Source: Octopus sinensis (Eukaryota). Taken from it: DNA of 64,000 nucleotides. The notes under the pieces are model-generated. The model made no database searches, was not told the DNA's origin, and was given only the letters and a program-made list of their open reading frames with translations. Shown piece by piece: positions 1-10,935 of the stretch. Where the stretch lies: NCBI RefSeq assembly GCF_006345805.1, contig NC_042999.1:127844001-127908000 (forward strand), given 5' to 3'. Made by a program: the position numbers and the translations under genes. How positions within the stretch are numbered: position 1 is the stretch's first letter; each line of letters begins with the position of its first letter.

Positions 1-790
1 TATAGCGATGCCATCAGAATCTTTGATATGCATAAGCTGCTTTAGTTTTGTTACTATCTTCACCGAAAACAAGCATCGTTAAGTTTAAAGTTGACAAATT
101 TAGCTTATATTACTTCTTTATTCTCTGAAGCTAATATATAAAAAATACATGTATGGGATAATTAAAACAAGTATAGTGGATATTTTATGGATCAAACTGT
201 TTGTTTTAGTCTCCAGCTTGAGCCTGATTTTGTATACCAGGTGTATGTAGTTTATATCTAGTTCGGAAATGCAATACTCTGAATTCATGCTTACACTTGA
301 ATCAGTTTGCATTTCATTCTCTAGAACTTATAAAATAAATATTTGAAGGGTAATTTTCTATTTGACGTTCGTAAAATCATAGTGATCCAAAAAGTTTATT
401 TCAATATAACATTTCATAAATATGAGTTATATACTCTGCGAACAGTGAACAAAAAGGGAGGAAAATTTGACTTATTTTAGATAGAGTTTCGCCCTGGGCA
501 CAGGTGAACATTCTTCGACAATCTACGGTGGGCACACCAAGCAATAAAACCTGCTGAATCTGACAAAGATTGAGCCAGTATCATAATCGTACGCTTTCCA
601 TTAATCATCGGTTGATCTGTAAGTATTTCGTTGGGATTCGCAATGAAACGAGGAGCAGCAGGGCGTCCACAAGATATGCTAATCGAGTTGAAGTGAAATT
701 GAAACGAAAACAAATTCGATTTTACGAACGTCAAATAGGAAATTACGAAGTTCAAGATATCACAATCAGTTTAATTCACCCATAAATCTC

Positions 791-793
<3 letters not shown>

Positions 794-869
<76 letters not shown>

Positions 870-874
870 ACACA
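794..874. repeat. (CA)n microsatellite
   Basis: Near-perfect CA run read directly from the sequence. Confidence 0.97.
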
Positions 875-991
875 AATGGGTTTTCTTGTACGTTTTAAAT
901 AATTTCTAATGGTTAAGTAGTTTCTTTACGCTAGTGTGTAATGTATCATTATATTTTATTTTACACTTTTCTATCTCTCCCACTTATATAG

Positions 992-1470
992 GTTCCCTGG
1001 AAATAGTACAGGACATCAGTAAACATCTGGACACAACAACAGTAGCTGGCGAAGTAGAATTACTCGTTCTAGACCGCAAACATTATGAACGGCTTCTGGT
1101 AAAAAAACATCCCCAGTCAGTTGAAAGTCTCAAAAAAGAACTGACTATACGCCAGCTTCTCGTATTAAGCCGCTTATATCATCCAACAGAAACAACAGTG
1201 ATGAAATATGTCACCATGAAGTTGTTAAATGGAGATATGTCGTCCAAACTTACACATCAATACCACCGCCAGCGCCGCAGACATCCTATGATCAACAGAT
1301 ACAACGAAAGTGAGATTTCTCGAAAAGTTAGGACACGACTGCATATGAATTCGAAAAACACCGCGACAATTATTCCAGGGGAAAATTCAAAGAAAATGTT
1401 TCTAAACCAATTAGAATATGAACTGCAACTACTGATGATTCATTTGAGAAAAAATGGAAATATCCATTAA
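992..1470 (+). CDS. Probable terminal coding exon of a cyclic nucleotide-binding domain (CNBD)-containing protein
   Basis: Pyrimidine-rich acceptor ...cacttatatag| at 991 (phase 1), open frame to TAA at 1468-1470. The peptide GSLEIVQ...TTVAGEVELLVLDRKHYERLLVKKHP resembles the C-terminal half of a CNBD beta-roll (GELAL...TATV.A...ELLVLDR..F..LL...P). The family assignment is by recalled motif only. Confidence 0.6.
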
Positions 1471-1497
1471 TTTCATTTGTTTTGAAGAGGAAGAAAC

Positions 1498-1698
1498 TCG
1501 AGAATTATTAAATAAAATTTCTTTGCATTCATAAGAACATGACATCATTGCATACAGAGAGAAGAGCAAACTAAACTAATTATTATTAAACAATAAAGAA
1601 TATTAAACTATAAAGAATTAGTTTAGTTTGCTCTTCTCTGTGTATGCAATGACATCATGTTCTTACGAAGCAGCTAAGTTTTATCTATAAATTCTCGA
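1498..1698. repeat. Inverted repeat / hairpin (~85-bp arms, ~34-bp AT-rich loop)
   Basis: Core arms 1530-1581 and 1616-1667 are reverse complements with 4 mismatches in 52 bp. Pairing extends more loosely to tcgagaatt (1498) / aattctcga (1698). Confidence 0.9.
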
Positions 1699-2847
1699 TC
1701 TTACTGTTCTTGAAAGTTCGTTCGGAAGTTCCATGAAGAACGAATAACTACAGAAAGATTTATGATTCTTTCCCGAAGTATTGTTACAAATGTCCTGTTG
1801 AATAACATTATTCTAATGAAGTTTAAATGACGGAGAGTATGTTGAGATGTTGAGACTTTCAACCTTTGGCAATAATTTAAATTAGTAGTATCACTTTCAG
1901 ATAGATTGTACAGAAGTGAAATTGGATGGATGTTAAGTATTCTAAAAGTTAATAAAAATGAACAAAAAAAAATCTTTTTTATTAAGTAATTCCGGAAGAA
2001 AATTTATTCTGGGTGAGTAATATTTACTTTGAGAAAAAAAAAATCTTTACAGAAACTATATCTGCTAAGCAAATAACCTTCTCTAAATGCCCTGAATACA
2101 CTATAACATATTCAGAACACTATTTCAGGAAATTATCTCAGTTCTTTTTGAGCATGTAAAAAAAAAATTAGATGGGACAAAATGAGTAAGACAAAGTAAG
2201 ATAAATTTGCTACTGCAATATTCTTGGATTACATTTGAAAAAAAGTTTCATACACATCAATATCCATCCTCAGATTTCAGAAAGATCAGAGATGCAAAAA
2301 AATATATATACTCAACAGCTTCCTCGCGATCTGCTTTAATGGTTCTTGTTCTGCTATATTTATGCACCATGCAGTTAAAATAAAAAAATTATTGCAACTG
2401 AACATTACTCATTTTGCCCCACTTAAGACTTCCTATCTCTCTCTCTCTCTTTTTTTTTAATTGAAATTATAAAATTAGATAATAGCGTGGAAAAAAATTG
2501 ACTTGGAATCCAACAGAGAAAAGAATTTTCATTGTTAAACACCAAAAATTATCCAGATATTTTATTAGCAACGTCAATTACAATCGGGTCGAATTTGAGG
2601 GAAAATTTCTTAAAAAATAAAAAGCACCTGTTTCAAATTCTGCTTCAACAACATCTATGCTGACTAATTTTTACTTCCAAAGATGATGCAACAATACAAA
2701 ATAATGATTGCAATATTTGCAATGTAACGGTTTTAACAAGTAAGGAGAAAATAAATCAGAAATTATTCATTTTACCCCACTTAGCCATTTGTCCACTATC
2801 CACCCGCCCACCTACTTAATGAAGCGTAACTCTTCATAGCATACCAC

Positions 2848-3036
2848 AATAATCCTTTCTAATATAGACACAAGGCCTTGAGAAAGGGGTAGTCGATTAT
2901 ATTGACCTCAGCACTCAACTAGTATTTGTTTCATCGACCCCGAACGGATGAAAAGTAAAGCCGACCTCGGTGGTATTTGAGATCAAAACGTAAAGTATCT
3001 TTGTTACTCTGCTAACAATTCTGCCAGCTCGCCGTC
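2848..3036 (-). mobile_element. tRNA-derived octopus-type SINE (OK-like; tail variant ...ccttgtgcct/agaaaggattatt)
   Basis: Matches the motif repeated dozens of times in the window (ggatgaaaggcaaagtcgacctcggcggaatttgaactc; ctgccagctcgcc). Other copies lie at about 12880-13090, 13310-13530, 14310-14490, 21935-22070, 22240-22370, 27710-27890, 29800-30470, 31240-31380, 39915-40130, 41350-41530 and 54580-54790. Confidence 0.85.
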
Positions 3037-3775
3037 TTAATAACAACAATATTTTATTTATCATTAGCTTCAAAAAATCGTGCTTGCATGTAATAAACGT
3101 AAAAGAACGGGTGTTATAGAATATATTAGGAGAACATAGATAAGTATATCATACAATGAAACGTATAAATTTGATAAAAAATAAAAATTAAATATAAATC
3201 TACATTCAACAATAATTAAAATAATATATGATCTAACTTCAAAAGACCATGAAAATGATTAGTCCTCATAACAATGACCTCCTAAAACTCGTCGAAATTA
3301 CAATACCCGAGATCCCTGAAAACATCTCTGCTGCCGGACTTGGCAAGAAATCACCATCTTATACAAATTTGCACATTTGCAGTTTATAGATTTTTAGTTA
3401 TTGCTAGCTATCTGTCACCTGGAAATTCCACAAAATCGGAGTCCATTGTAATACTCGCTTCCTTTTTCTTCAGTTCATTTTGTAGTTCTATAAGATTTTT
3501 TTCTTTTTTTTCGAAGAACTGAGAACTGAGAAGTACAATTCATCGTGAGGGAGGGACAGAATCGGGCTTCTCTTATGCATTTTCGTCAGTTCTTTTTAGC
3601 TCTTCCCTCTGTTTCCAGCTTCCAAACTCTTCTTCATTATTATGAATGATGGGACTGAGTTCCTTGACTTCCTTGTAGAATCTTGGAACCGAGGACAAGG
3701 CGATCTTCTTCGATGCTTCCTGAGTTGCTCCCAGTAGTGTCATAAGAACAACTGCCTCTGCTGGTTGTTGCTGGT

Positions 3776-3934
3776 TATGTATGTATATATGTATGCATGC
3801 ATGCATGCATGCATGCATGTATGTATGTATGTATGTATGTATGTATGTATGTATGTATGTATGTATGTATGTATGTATGTATGTATGTATGTATGTATGT
3901 ATGTATGTATGTATGTATGTATGTATGTATGTAT
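3776..3934. repeat. Compound (TGCA)n/(TATG)n microsatellite
   Basis: Direct reading. It accounts for the spurious MYVC/MHAC ORFs. Confidence 0.97.
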
Positions 3935-4483
3935 TTAAATTCCAGGAGTGTCAGGAATGCTGGAAGAGCATTAGTTGAGGCACCCCTCAGCTTTTCTTAA
4001 AGCCTGTCTCTAGAAAAAAGGTCGCTTAGGACATTTTGGGGAATATTTTGCTTGGACTTGAGATCATACCATTTCCACATTTCCGAGACTGCGACCCCCA
4101 TTTGCATTAAGTAGCTTGACCCGGCTCGTCTCTAGATCATATCAGTTGGGTGCAGAGGGTTCATGAGGTGTTGCGCAAGCCCCATTTGGACCCAAAATTT
4201 TGCACAGATATTGATTTGTCAGTGATGGTCATACTCATTTACAAGCTGACATCTATCGCGCGTGTGTGTGTGCGTGCGAGTGTGTGTGTGTGTGTATTCC
4301 ATCTCTTTGATCAGAAAGTCTTTAAATGACCTTTACTGTCACATGTATAGTAGCAGGACTTTCTGCCCTGAACGACCCGGTGAAAATCTTTTCTCTTAGT
4401 ACTTATTACAGGACACAACGCTGGAGTAGTTTCGCAGTCTTGTAGGTACATGTTGTTTAAGTGGTTTGCAGTATAAAGATATT

Positions 4484-4716
4484 TATTTTTTATTGCCCAC
4501 AAGGGGCTAAACACAGATAGGACAAACAAAGACAGACAAACGGATTCAGTCGATTATATCGACCCCAGTGCATAACTGGTACTTATTTAATCGACCCCAA
4601 AAGGATGAAAGGCAAAGTCGACCTCAGCGGAATTTGAACTCTTAACGTAGCGACAGACGAAATACTGCTGAGCATTTCGCCTGGCGTGCTAACGTTTCTG
4701 CCAGCTCGCCGCCTTT
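4484..4716 (-). mobile_element. Young full-length SINE with 14-bp target-site duplication (tail variant tttgtctgtc...)
   Basis: The direct repeat agtataaagatatt at 4470-4483 and 4717-4730 flanks a CpG-intact SINE body. Confidence 0.9.
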
Positions 4717-4822
4717 AGTATAAAGATATTGATAACCTTATAAATCTTTCTTTAAATGATTAGATAACGTGTGAGATGCTGGTATGGTCGATACGATGGT
4801 CATCCGGTCTCCTGCTCAACTG

Positions 4823-4876
4823 AAGAGAGAGAGAGAGAGAGAGAGAGAGTGAGTGAGTGAGAGAGAGAGAGAGAGT

Positions 4877-4914
<38 letters not shown>

Positions 4915-4928
4915 AACAGACAGACAAA
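4823..4928. repeat. (GA)n/(GAGT)n microsatellite
   Basis: Direct reading. Confidence 0.95.
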
Positions 4929-6699
4929 CAGAGGAAATGACTTTCGTTACGATATCCGAGACATAGCAGCTCTTCATCATAGACCATTCGATTTTGTTTG
5001 TCAAGAAAGAACACTCCTCTTAGATGTTGTATAATGTCTATTCGTGTTAATATCACACTGGTTTAATTTTTTGTTCGTTAACCTGCATCGCAAAGTTCCA
5101 ACAACACTGGAATACTGCAAGAAGTAATTCCTTCCAAAAGTCGTATATGATTGGATAAAGAAGTGTCCACCATGCAAAAATGACGCATTGTTGAATGGTA
5201 TCGACCGTAATTTATGATGTCGAAGTAACCCAGTGACTCAGTGCTGGAACGAAATTTGCTTAGGGGATGCAAATCCAGTTTTCCAGGATGCTTAAAGTGT
5301 TTTCATTGCTCTCACCACCACCACCACCACCACCACCACCAAAATTTTAGGGAGTACACTTGCATCTCCTGTTCCCGAGCCTATGCCAGTGACAGAAAAG
5401 GATATAATAAAAAAAATCAATTAGTTGACAAAAATGTGAGAGATGCTGTTGATAAAATGGCTATCCAGCTTTCAAGGTTTCTTTGTCATGAATTCGTTAC
5501 GATCGACCAAGAAAAGACCTAAAATGATGATAAATTGCATACAATAGTTCTATACAGTGTGCACTGTATCATGCAAATGCATTTCGTCGAAAATTACACC
5601 TGTGCCTTTCAGGATGTGTAATCGGCGCATTGGAGACAGAAGCAAATTATCATATTTACTGTTATGATACATCATCATGAATCATTCTATCCTTTTGTTA
5701 TCCTGATCAATAACGGTAAATCTGAAAAGCGAGTGGTCACAGCATTCATGGCTATATTTTTTTTATGAAGCTTGTTATAAATTTCCTCCATCTTACGTGA
5801 TAAACATCGAGACTGATGAATCCTATAATCAGTTTTAAAAATAAGTACAACTTTGCTGTGCTAGCAAAATTTTGGCTGGTACATCACGCCGTGCAGCTTC
5901 TCTTTAATTTCATTTTCACGTGTCACGAGAAAGGACTTGGAGACAATATCAAAACGATTATTCATTGCCATGTAATGACACGACTTTGGCTCGAAAATCG
6001 GTCACAGCATCTAGAATGATTACTAAAGTTATAACCATGTCTTTAAGAGATATGCAATAAAATGCATGTTTGGGTCAAGTGGAATCAGGTGCCTTATATG
6101 TCCGATACACTTAATACTCACCACTTCAAAGCTTACCACGCTGAAGTAGAAAAATAATGGTATAAAACAGATGTCACCATCTGTAAGCTCGATAACTTTC
6201 TCTTCATTATTGCCATGTCTGAATTCGAGGCCGCGATAGATTAAACAGAGGCCGTTGATATTTCTGGTGAGAATTTGCTTGTGTTTGTATGCGTGACTGT
6301 GCCGGTATGAATATGACGAAGCCGACTAGCGTGTCTGGCGAGAATGGAATTGTATCGGTGGTTAAGTCCTATATGGATGATTCGTCGTGTAATGGTGTTT
6401 CTATATTCGAACGGACGAAAAGGAAGAGGGAGAAAACCAAAGAAAAGAGTTCGAACGACCTTTCGTTCGCCTTTCAAGTATTATATGTGTAGAACGACCG
6501 TGCGAAAGGAGAGGTAACGAATGAATGACTGACTCCTTTAATACACCGCACGGTCGCTTACAATAAAAGCAATATGGATGAATGAGTACAAGTGCCAGAA
6601 GAAAAAGAAAGACGACTCAACCGACAGAATGTTAAGAGAAAGGTTTTATTTAGGTGTTAGCAGAGTGTGCGTCTGTGTGTGCGACATAAGTACATATAT

Positions 6700-6765
6700 A
6701 ATAATAATAATAATGATAATAATAACAATAACAACAACAACAACAACAATAATAATAATAATAGA
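6700..6765. repeat. (AAT)n/(AAC)n microsatellite
   Basis: Direct reading. It explains the poly-I/T/L ORFs. Confidence 0.93.
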
Positions 6766-7329
6766 CAGGCCGTCATGCATACATAATGTGTATGTGTGTA
6801 CAAACAAGCGTGTATGCGTGTGAGATAAAATACAGAGCATAGAAAGAGTCTGCAATAGAACGCTAGATGAATGTTCACACAAGATGCACATTGGCGCGTA
6901 ATAGAGCAAGAGACAAATTGCGCCAATGCCAACCAATCAGAATAGTGGACACCACAGGGTCCAAACGGCCGAAGGTTAGCTGTTATCTGCTACGTCCGTA
7001 TTTATGTTATATATAACAGAGAGAGAGAGAATTTCACTAAGCGTCCGCTACATTTGCAATGAACAGTATGTATCCAAATGTTGGATACAAACTATGTGAA
7101 GATTATACGAAAATTGCTCAACATGTGATGAGCTAGGAAGCTTCATCTGCAATGTGTGCACGTAGTCTATACGGTATTTCAAACGTACGTTAATGCGTTG
7201 TGTTATGTTGTTTCTGTTGAATAGCTTCTGTTTCATATTCATTAGTTTATAAAAAGTTGTACTCATGATTCCATTATGAATATTCTATGACTCCATCACG
7301 ATAGTCTACTGGTCGTGAAAATTGGATGA

Positions 7330-7650
7330 GCGGGTTAAATTGATTAAGCCATTCATTGAGCTTTGGAATATGGCGCAGGAAAGACTCACAGACGCAGGAA
7401 AGGATCGCAGGTCACAGGAAAGGATCGCAAGACGGATTCTTCAAGCTGATCCAACCAGCAGGAGACCTAGAAGTAAACCTAAAACGAGATAATTGGATGA
7501 TATTCATAGTCTCAGTTAAGCCCGCTTGGGATCCAGCCGGAAAGTATAATGATGATTGCTTCTGACAGAATCCTATGGAGAAAGTACCTGGGGACACTGC
7601 CTTCATGACCTTTCCAGGAACAGTGGGCGGAAAAGGAAAATAGATGTGTA
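7330..7650 (+). mobile_element. Decayed 3' end of an RTE-type LINE
   Basis: The segment caagctgatccaaccagcaggagacctagaagtaaacctaaaacgagataattggat is a remnant of ILQA.P.G.RPRGRP..RW.D. A homologous copy lies at 52140-52350. Confidence 0.65.
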
Positions 7651-7959
7651 GCAGAAGGGATTGACAAAATAAAAGAGATCAAATTATTCTCTCTCCCTTT
7701 GATTTATAGTGGTTGTTTGGACGTAGCAGAGAACACTTAGGTACAAAGACCAGGTTGTAACTATTGCTCTGACTGGTGAGTTTTTAGGTGAAAATTGTCC
7801 TCTAAAAAACAGTGCCTGTTAACACGGTCAACTAATCAGATGCGCTAAAATGGATCACGTGTTTTCTTGGCGGAAAACTTTCACCAGCTTCTGGAAGCCC
7901 AATATTCTCTATAAGAAAGACAATTTTCGACTGCACTAGGCCTTTGGCACACGCCATGG

Positions 7960-9001
7960 CACCTGGATGATGAGCAGGTGTGGTCATCGCATGCTGAACT
8001 GGTCTTCCTAAAGGTAAAGCCCCTTGTGGACTTAGGTGCATGGATCACGCGGAGACCCAAGTTGGAGGAATGGCGGGAGGAGTGCAGACAAGCGCTTTCC
8101 CTCCTCTCTCGAGTGAGCAATGCTGACAGCGGGGTTGCCACAGCGGATTTTTATAGCGGGTTGGTAGAGCTTAAGTCCGACGATGTCCTGGGGGAGACTC
8201 TAAGCTTCGATAAGAGGCAGCTAACCGACCTGTTCGGGAGGACTTTCGGGTCGAGATTTCTGGATAACTACCAGAAATCTTTGACCTGGTTGTGCTAACG
8301 ATCGGCTTTACCGGTTCGAGAAAGGTTGTCAAGGCATGGTTTTGACACCTCCCCTGCGTGTCCGAGGAGCGGGCGTGCCAGTGAAACGGTTACGCACGCC
8401 TTCGTATACTGTGAGGAGTTGAGGGAGTTGATGGCCTTTGCCGAACAGCTGATGTCGGATGCAGAAAGAGTACGGCTCTCGTCCGAGTCTATGATAAAGA
8501 TTGTACCACCTTCCCCTTTCACCAAAGAAAAGAAGGTAGTTTTTGTCTGCGTAGTAACCATATTGAAAGATGTGGTGTGGAAGACGCGAGCGAAAGGGAT
8601 TGCGACAGGCTAATTCATCTCCGGACGTGGGCTGATGAATTACTTCGCCGCCCATCTTTCCAGTAAGATCCGTCTGGGGAGGAGGAGCCTACCGCAAAGA
8701 GTATTTGGAAAAAGATGGACGGAAGTAGTAAGAAAGTTAAGAATGCAAGGAGCTGTGCTTGCACAGTCGGTCCTAGCATAAAGGGATCACCAATAGGAAA
8801 TCAACCGGCGGGTTAGTTCACTAACCTGGAGAAAAAAAAAACATTCGTAATTATCATCTATATTTTTAATTTCATAGCATTCGTCGCACATATAAACCCA
8901 CTCGCCTTTATTTAATGTAACGAGTGTATCTGACCTGTATGTGTCCTTTGTCTGTCCTTGTTTGTTCCCTCTATGTATCCTGTTATAGGAAATAAAGAAA
9001 A
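7960..9001 (+). mobile_element. 5'-truncated Tx1/L1-clade LINE (ORF2 C-terminus + 3'UTR) with 19-bp TSD
   Basis: The reading frames give FLDNYQKSLTWLC / RHG..SPACPRSGRASETVTHAFVYC (zf-RVT-like CxxC...HxxxxC) / LKDVVWKTR / AHLSSKIRL...FGKRW, ending in TAA at 8779-8781. The element ends in aaataaagaaaa and is flanked by the perfect direct repeat cctttggcacacgccatgg at 7941-7959 and 9002-9020. Confidence 0.85.
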
Positions 9002-9020
9002 CCTTTGGCACACGCCATGG

Positions 9021-10935
9021 TCTTTCCCTTCGAGACTTTCCGAGATGTCGCAGGTGTTTTTTGTGTTGGTGGTGTTTTGAGTTCGAATCACGTGATTCTG
9101 GAGTAAGCTGTTTGTTTGTGATACTTGTTGAAGGTTTCCTCGTATGGGTGACACAAAGGATTTGTTAACTTTGTTGAATTTTGAACTATTGCTGCTATTT
9201 TTGTCTGTTATTGTATTTATTCTCTTCACCAACTATGGGTGAAGCAGAAAATAGAGAGGAGATATAGAAAATGAACAAACGGTAAGTTACGCATTAGCCA
9301 CGAGTAAAGTAATATCGACCAGCGCCTTGGAAGCACGTGAAATTAAGATAGAGCCCAGAAACTGGAAGGAAAGTAGTAAATTAATAAAAAGGGAGGGAGT
9401 CAGTTTAAGGCTGACTCCACCGCAAGAATTGACGAACGGCGCGACGAAAAGGACTGTGGTGTACAGAACGTTATCTACGTCCTCTAAAAAGACAGAGGTA
9501 GCGCCAAAAGAGACAATAGAGGAGTGTCTCAAGGAAATAAAGAGGCTTACCACATTTTATACACGTGTGAAGAAATACGGAAATGTGGAAGTAAGGTTTA
9601 GCAAAGAAGAAGACGCGATAAACCACTCCAATGCACCGATAAGAACAGCGGAATGGGTACTTCTGCCGACTTACTGTGGCAAACGCGTCGCCAAAGTAAG
9701 AATTGGCAGAGTGCCCTCCTCCCCCCGAGATTAATGAAGCATGGCTGGTGGCAGCAGTCATGCATAGAATGGAAAATGAAGTGAAAATCTTAAAGATTAC
9801 GAGAATGTAAACGGTTAATAGGTGGGGGTATTGCCTCGTGATGGCCATACAAGTGAGCTTAAAAGACCTGAACGAGACTACAGAGGAAATCATTCTCCCA
9901 GAGGACGTTCGACTGTGAGTAGTGGTGGAAGGAAGACCACCAACATATTTCTTAGGTGGTCAAAAATAGCACTTGAAAGCAGGGTGCCCCCACAAAGAAA
10001 GCGAAGAAGAGGAGCAGAAAAGGGAAGAACAGAGTACCGAAGTGGTGGTACCGGAAAGAGAGAAAGATGGAGGGGAGGGGTCATTCATTGTCGTGAACAG
10101 AAGAAAAAGGAAAGAACGGGTGAGCTCCCCACCAAACAGCCAGAAGAGGATGAAGGAGATTGAGATAGACGAAGTAAGGAATAGGTGCGAGACACCAACA
10201 GAATCAACAATGAAAGATAGAGTGGAAACAGAAAATTTAGTACAACACGATGTGGGATGCTACGTAATTGACATTTGTTTTGATCCATCAAGAAACGAAT
10301 CACATGGAACGCCTCGCGCGGACAGCCCAGGCCTGTCGCGAAGCAAACGGAGGTTAAAAAGAGTAAAAATAAGCGGCATATGTTCACATATGCCAAAAGC
10401 ACGGCAATCGAGCGGAAGATTACGAAGTTTTAATCAGTCAGAAGAGTAAGGTTGCCACCGGAGAAATATTTCGAAAATACCAAGGGAATAATTATTGACT
10501 AGGATAGATATATGAAATTGAAAGAACTGTTCTGAAATAGTATAGATCCGTTAGGGGTAGAAGTCGAATTCGACGAATTACCGCCGGTCGTGGAGTTTGA
10601 AGATTTGAAACCTTTAATGAACTGTTAAAAAGAGTAAAATAAGTAAAAAAATTTTTGTTTTTTTAAAAAAAGGAGGGGGGGGGGAGACTTTCAAAAGGTA
10701 AAAAATGGTACTAAAAGGAAAAAAAAAAAAAAAGAAAAAAAAGAAAGTGTAACAAAGATTGTTAAATTGTATAATTTAACTGTTAAATGGTACTGATTGA
10801 GAGTGGGGTTCAATGCAGCTATTTCACCATCACTAATTTATACATCATTCATTTTCATTCGTTTTATGTTTTTGTCCCCACTGTAGTGTCCTGTCCCCTC
10901 TGTGTATGAGCCATAAGTACTTAAATAAAAGAAAA
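9021..10935 (+). mobile_element. Tx1/L1-type element carrying only a decayed ORF1 (HAL1-like)
   Basis: T-rich 5'UTR, ATG at 9235 and a frameshifted ORF1 to about 10625. It includes TYCGKRVAKVRIGRVP and the decayed zinc knuckle VVVEGRPPTYFLGGQK*HLKAGCP. No endonuclease or RT coding follows; an A-rich stretch leads to the terminus aaataaaagaaaa. Confidence 0.7.

Noticed and set aside
3781-4000. ORFs with MYVC/MHAC, LSLS, IYIY, HTHT or poly-I/L repeats (also 4760-5056, 6578-6936, 17720-18021, 42990-43214)
   Set aside because: They are translations of microsatellites.
3300-4240. Coding-looking stretches either side of the TATG microsatellite
   Set aside because: There are multiple stops and no motif I can assign. 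Probably a decayed retroelement, but unsupported.
7938-7959. Tx1 target as U2 snRNA (ggccttttggc) or as an NFI site
   Set aside because: Similarity to U2 is limited to about 10 nt with no flanking match. NFI needs TTGGC-N5-GCCAA and the spacing here is N4.
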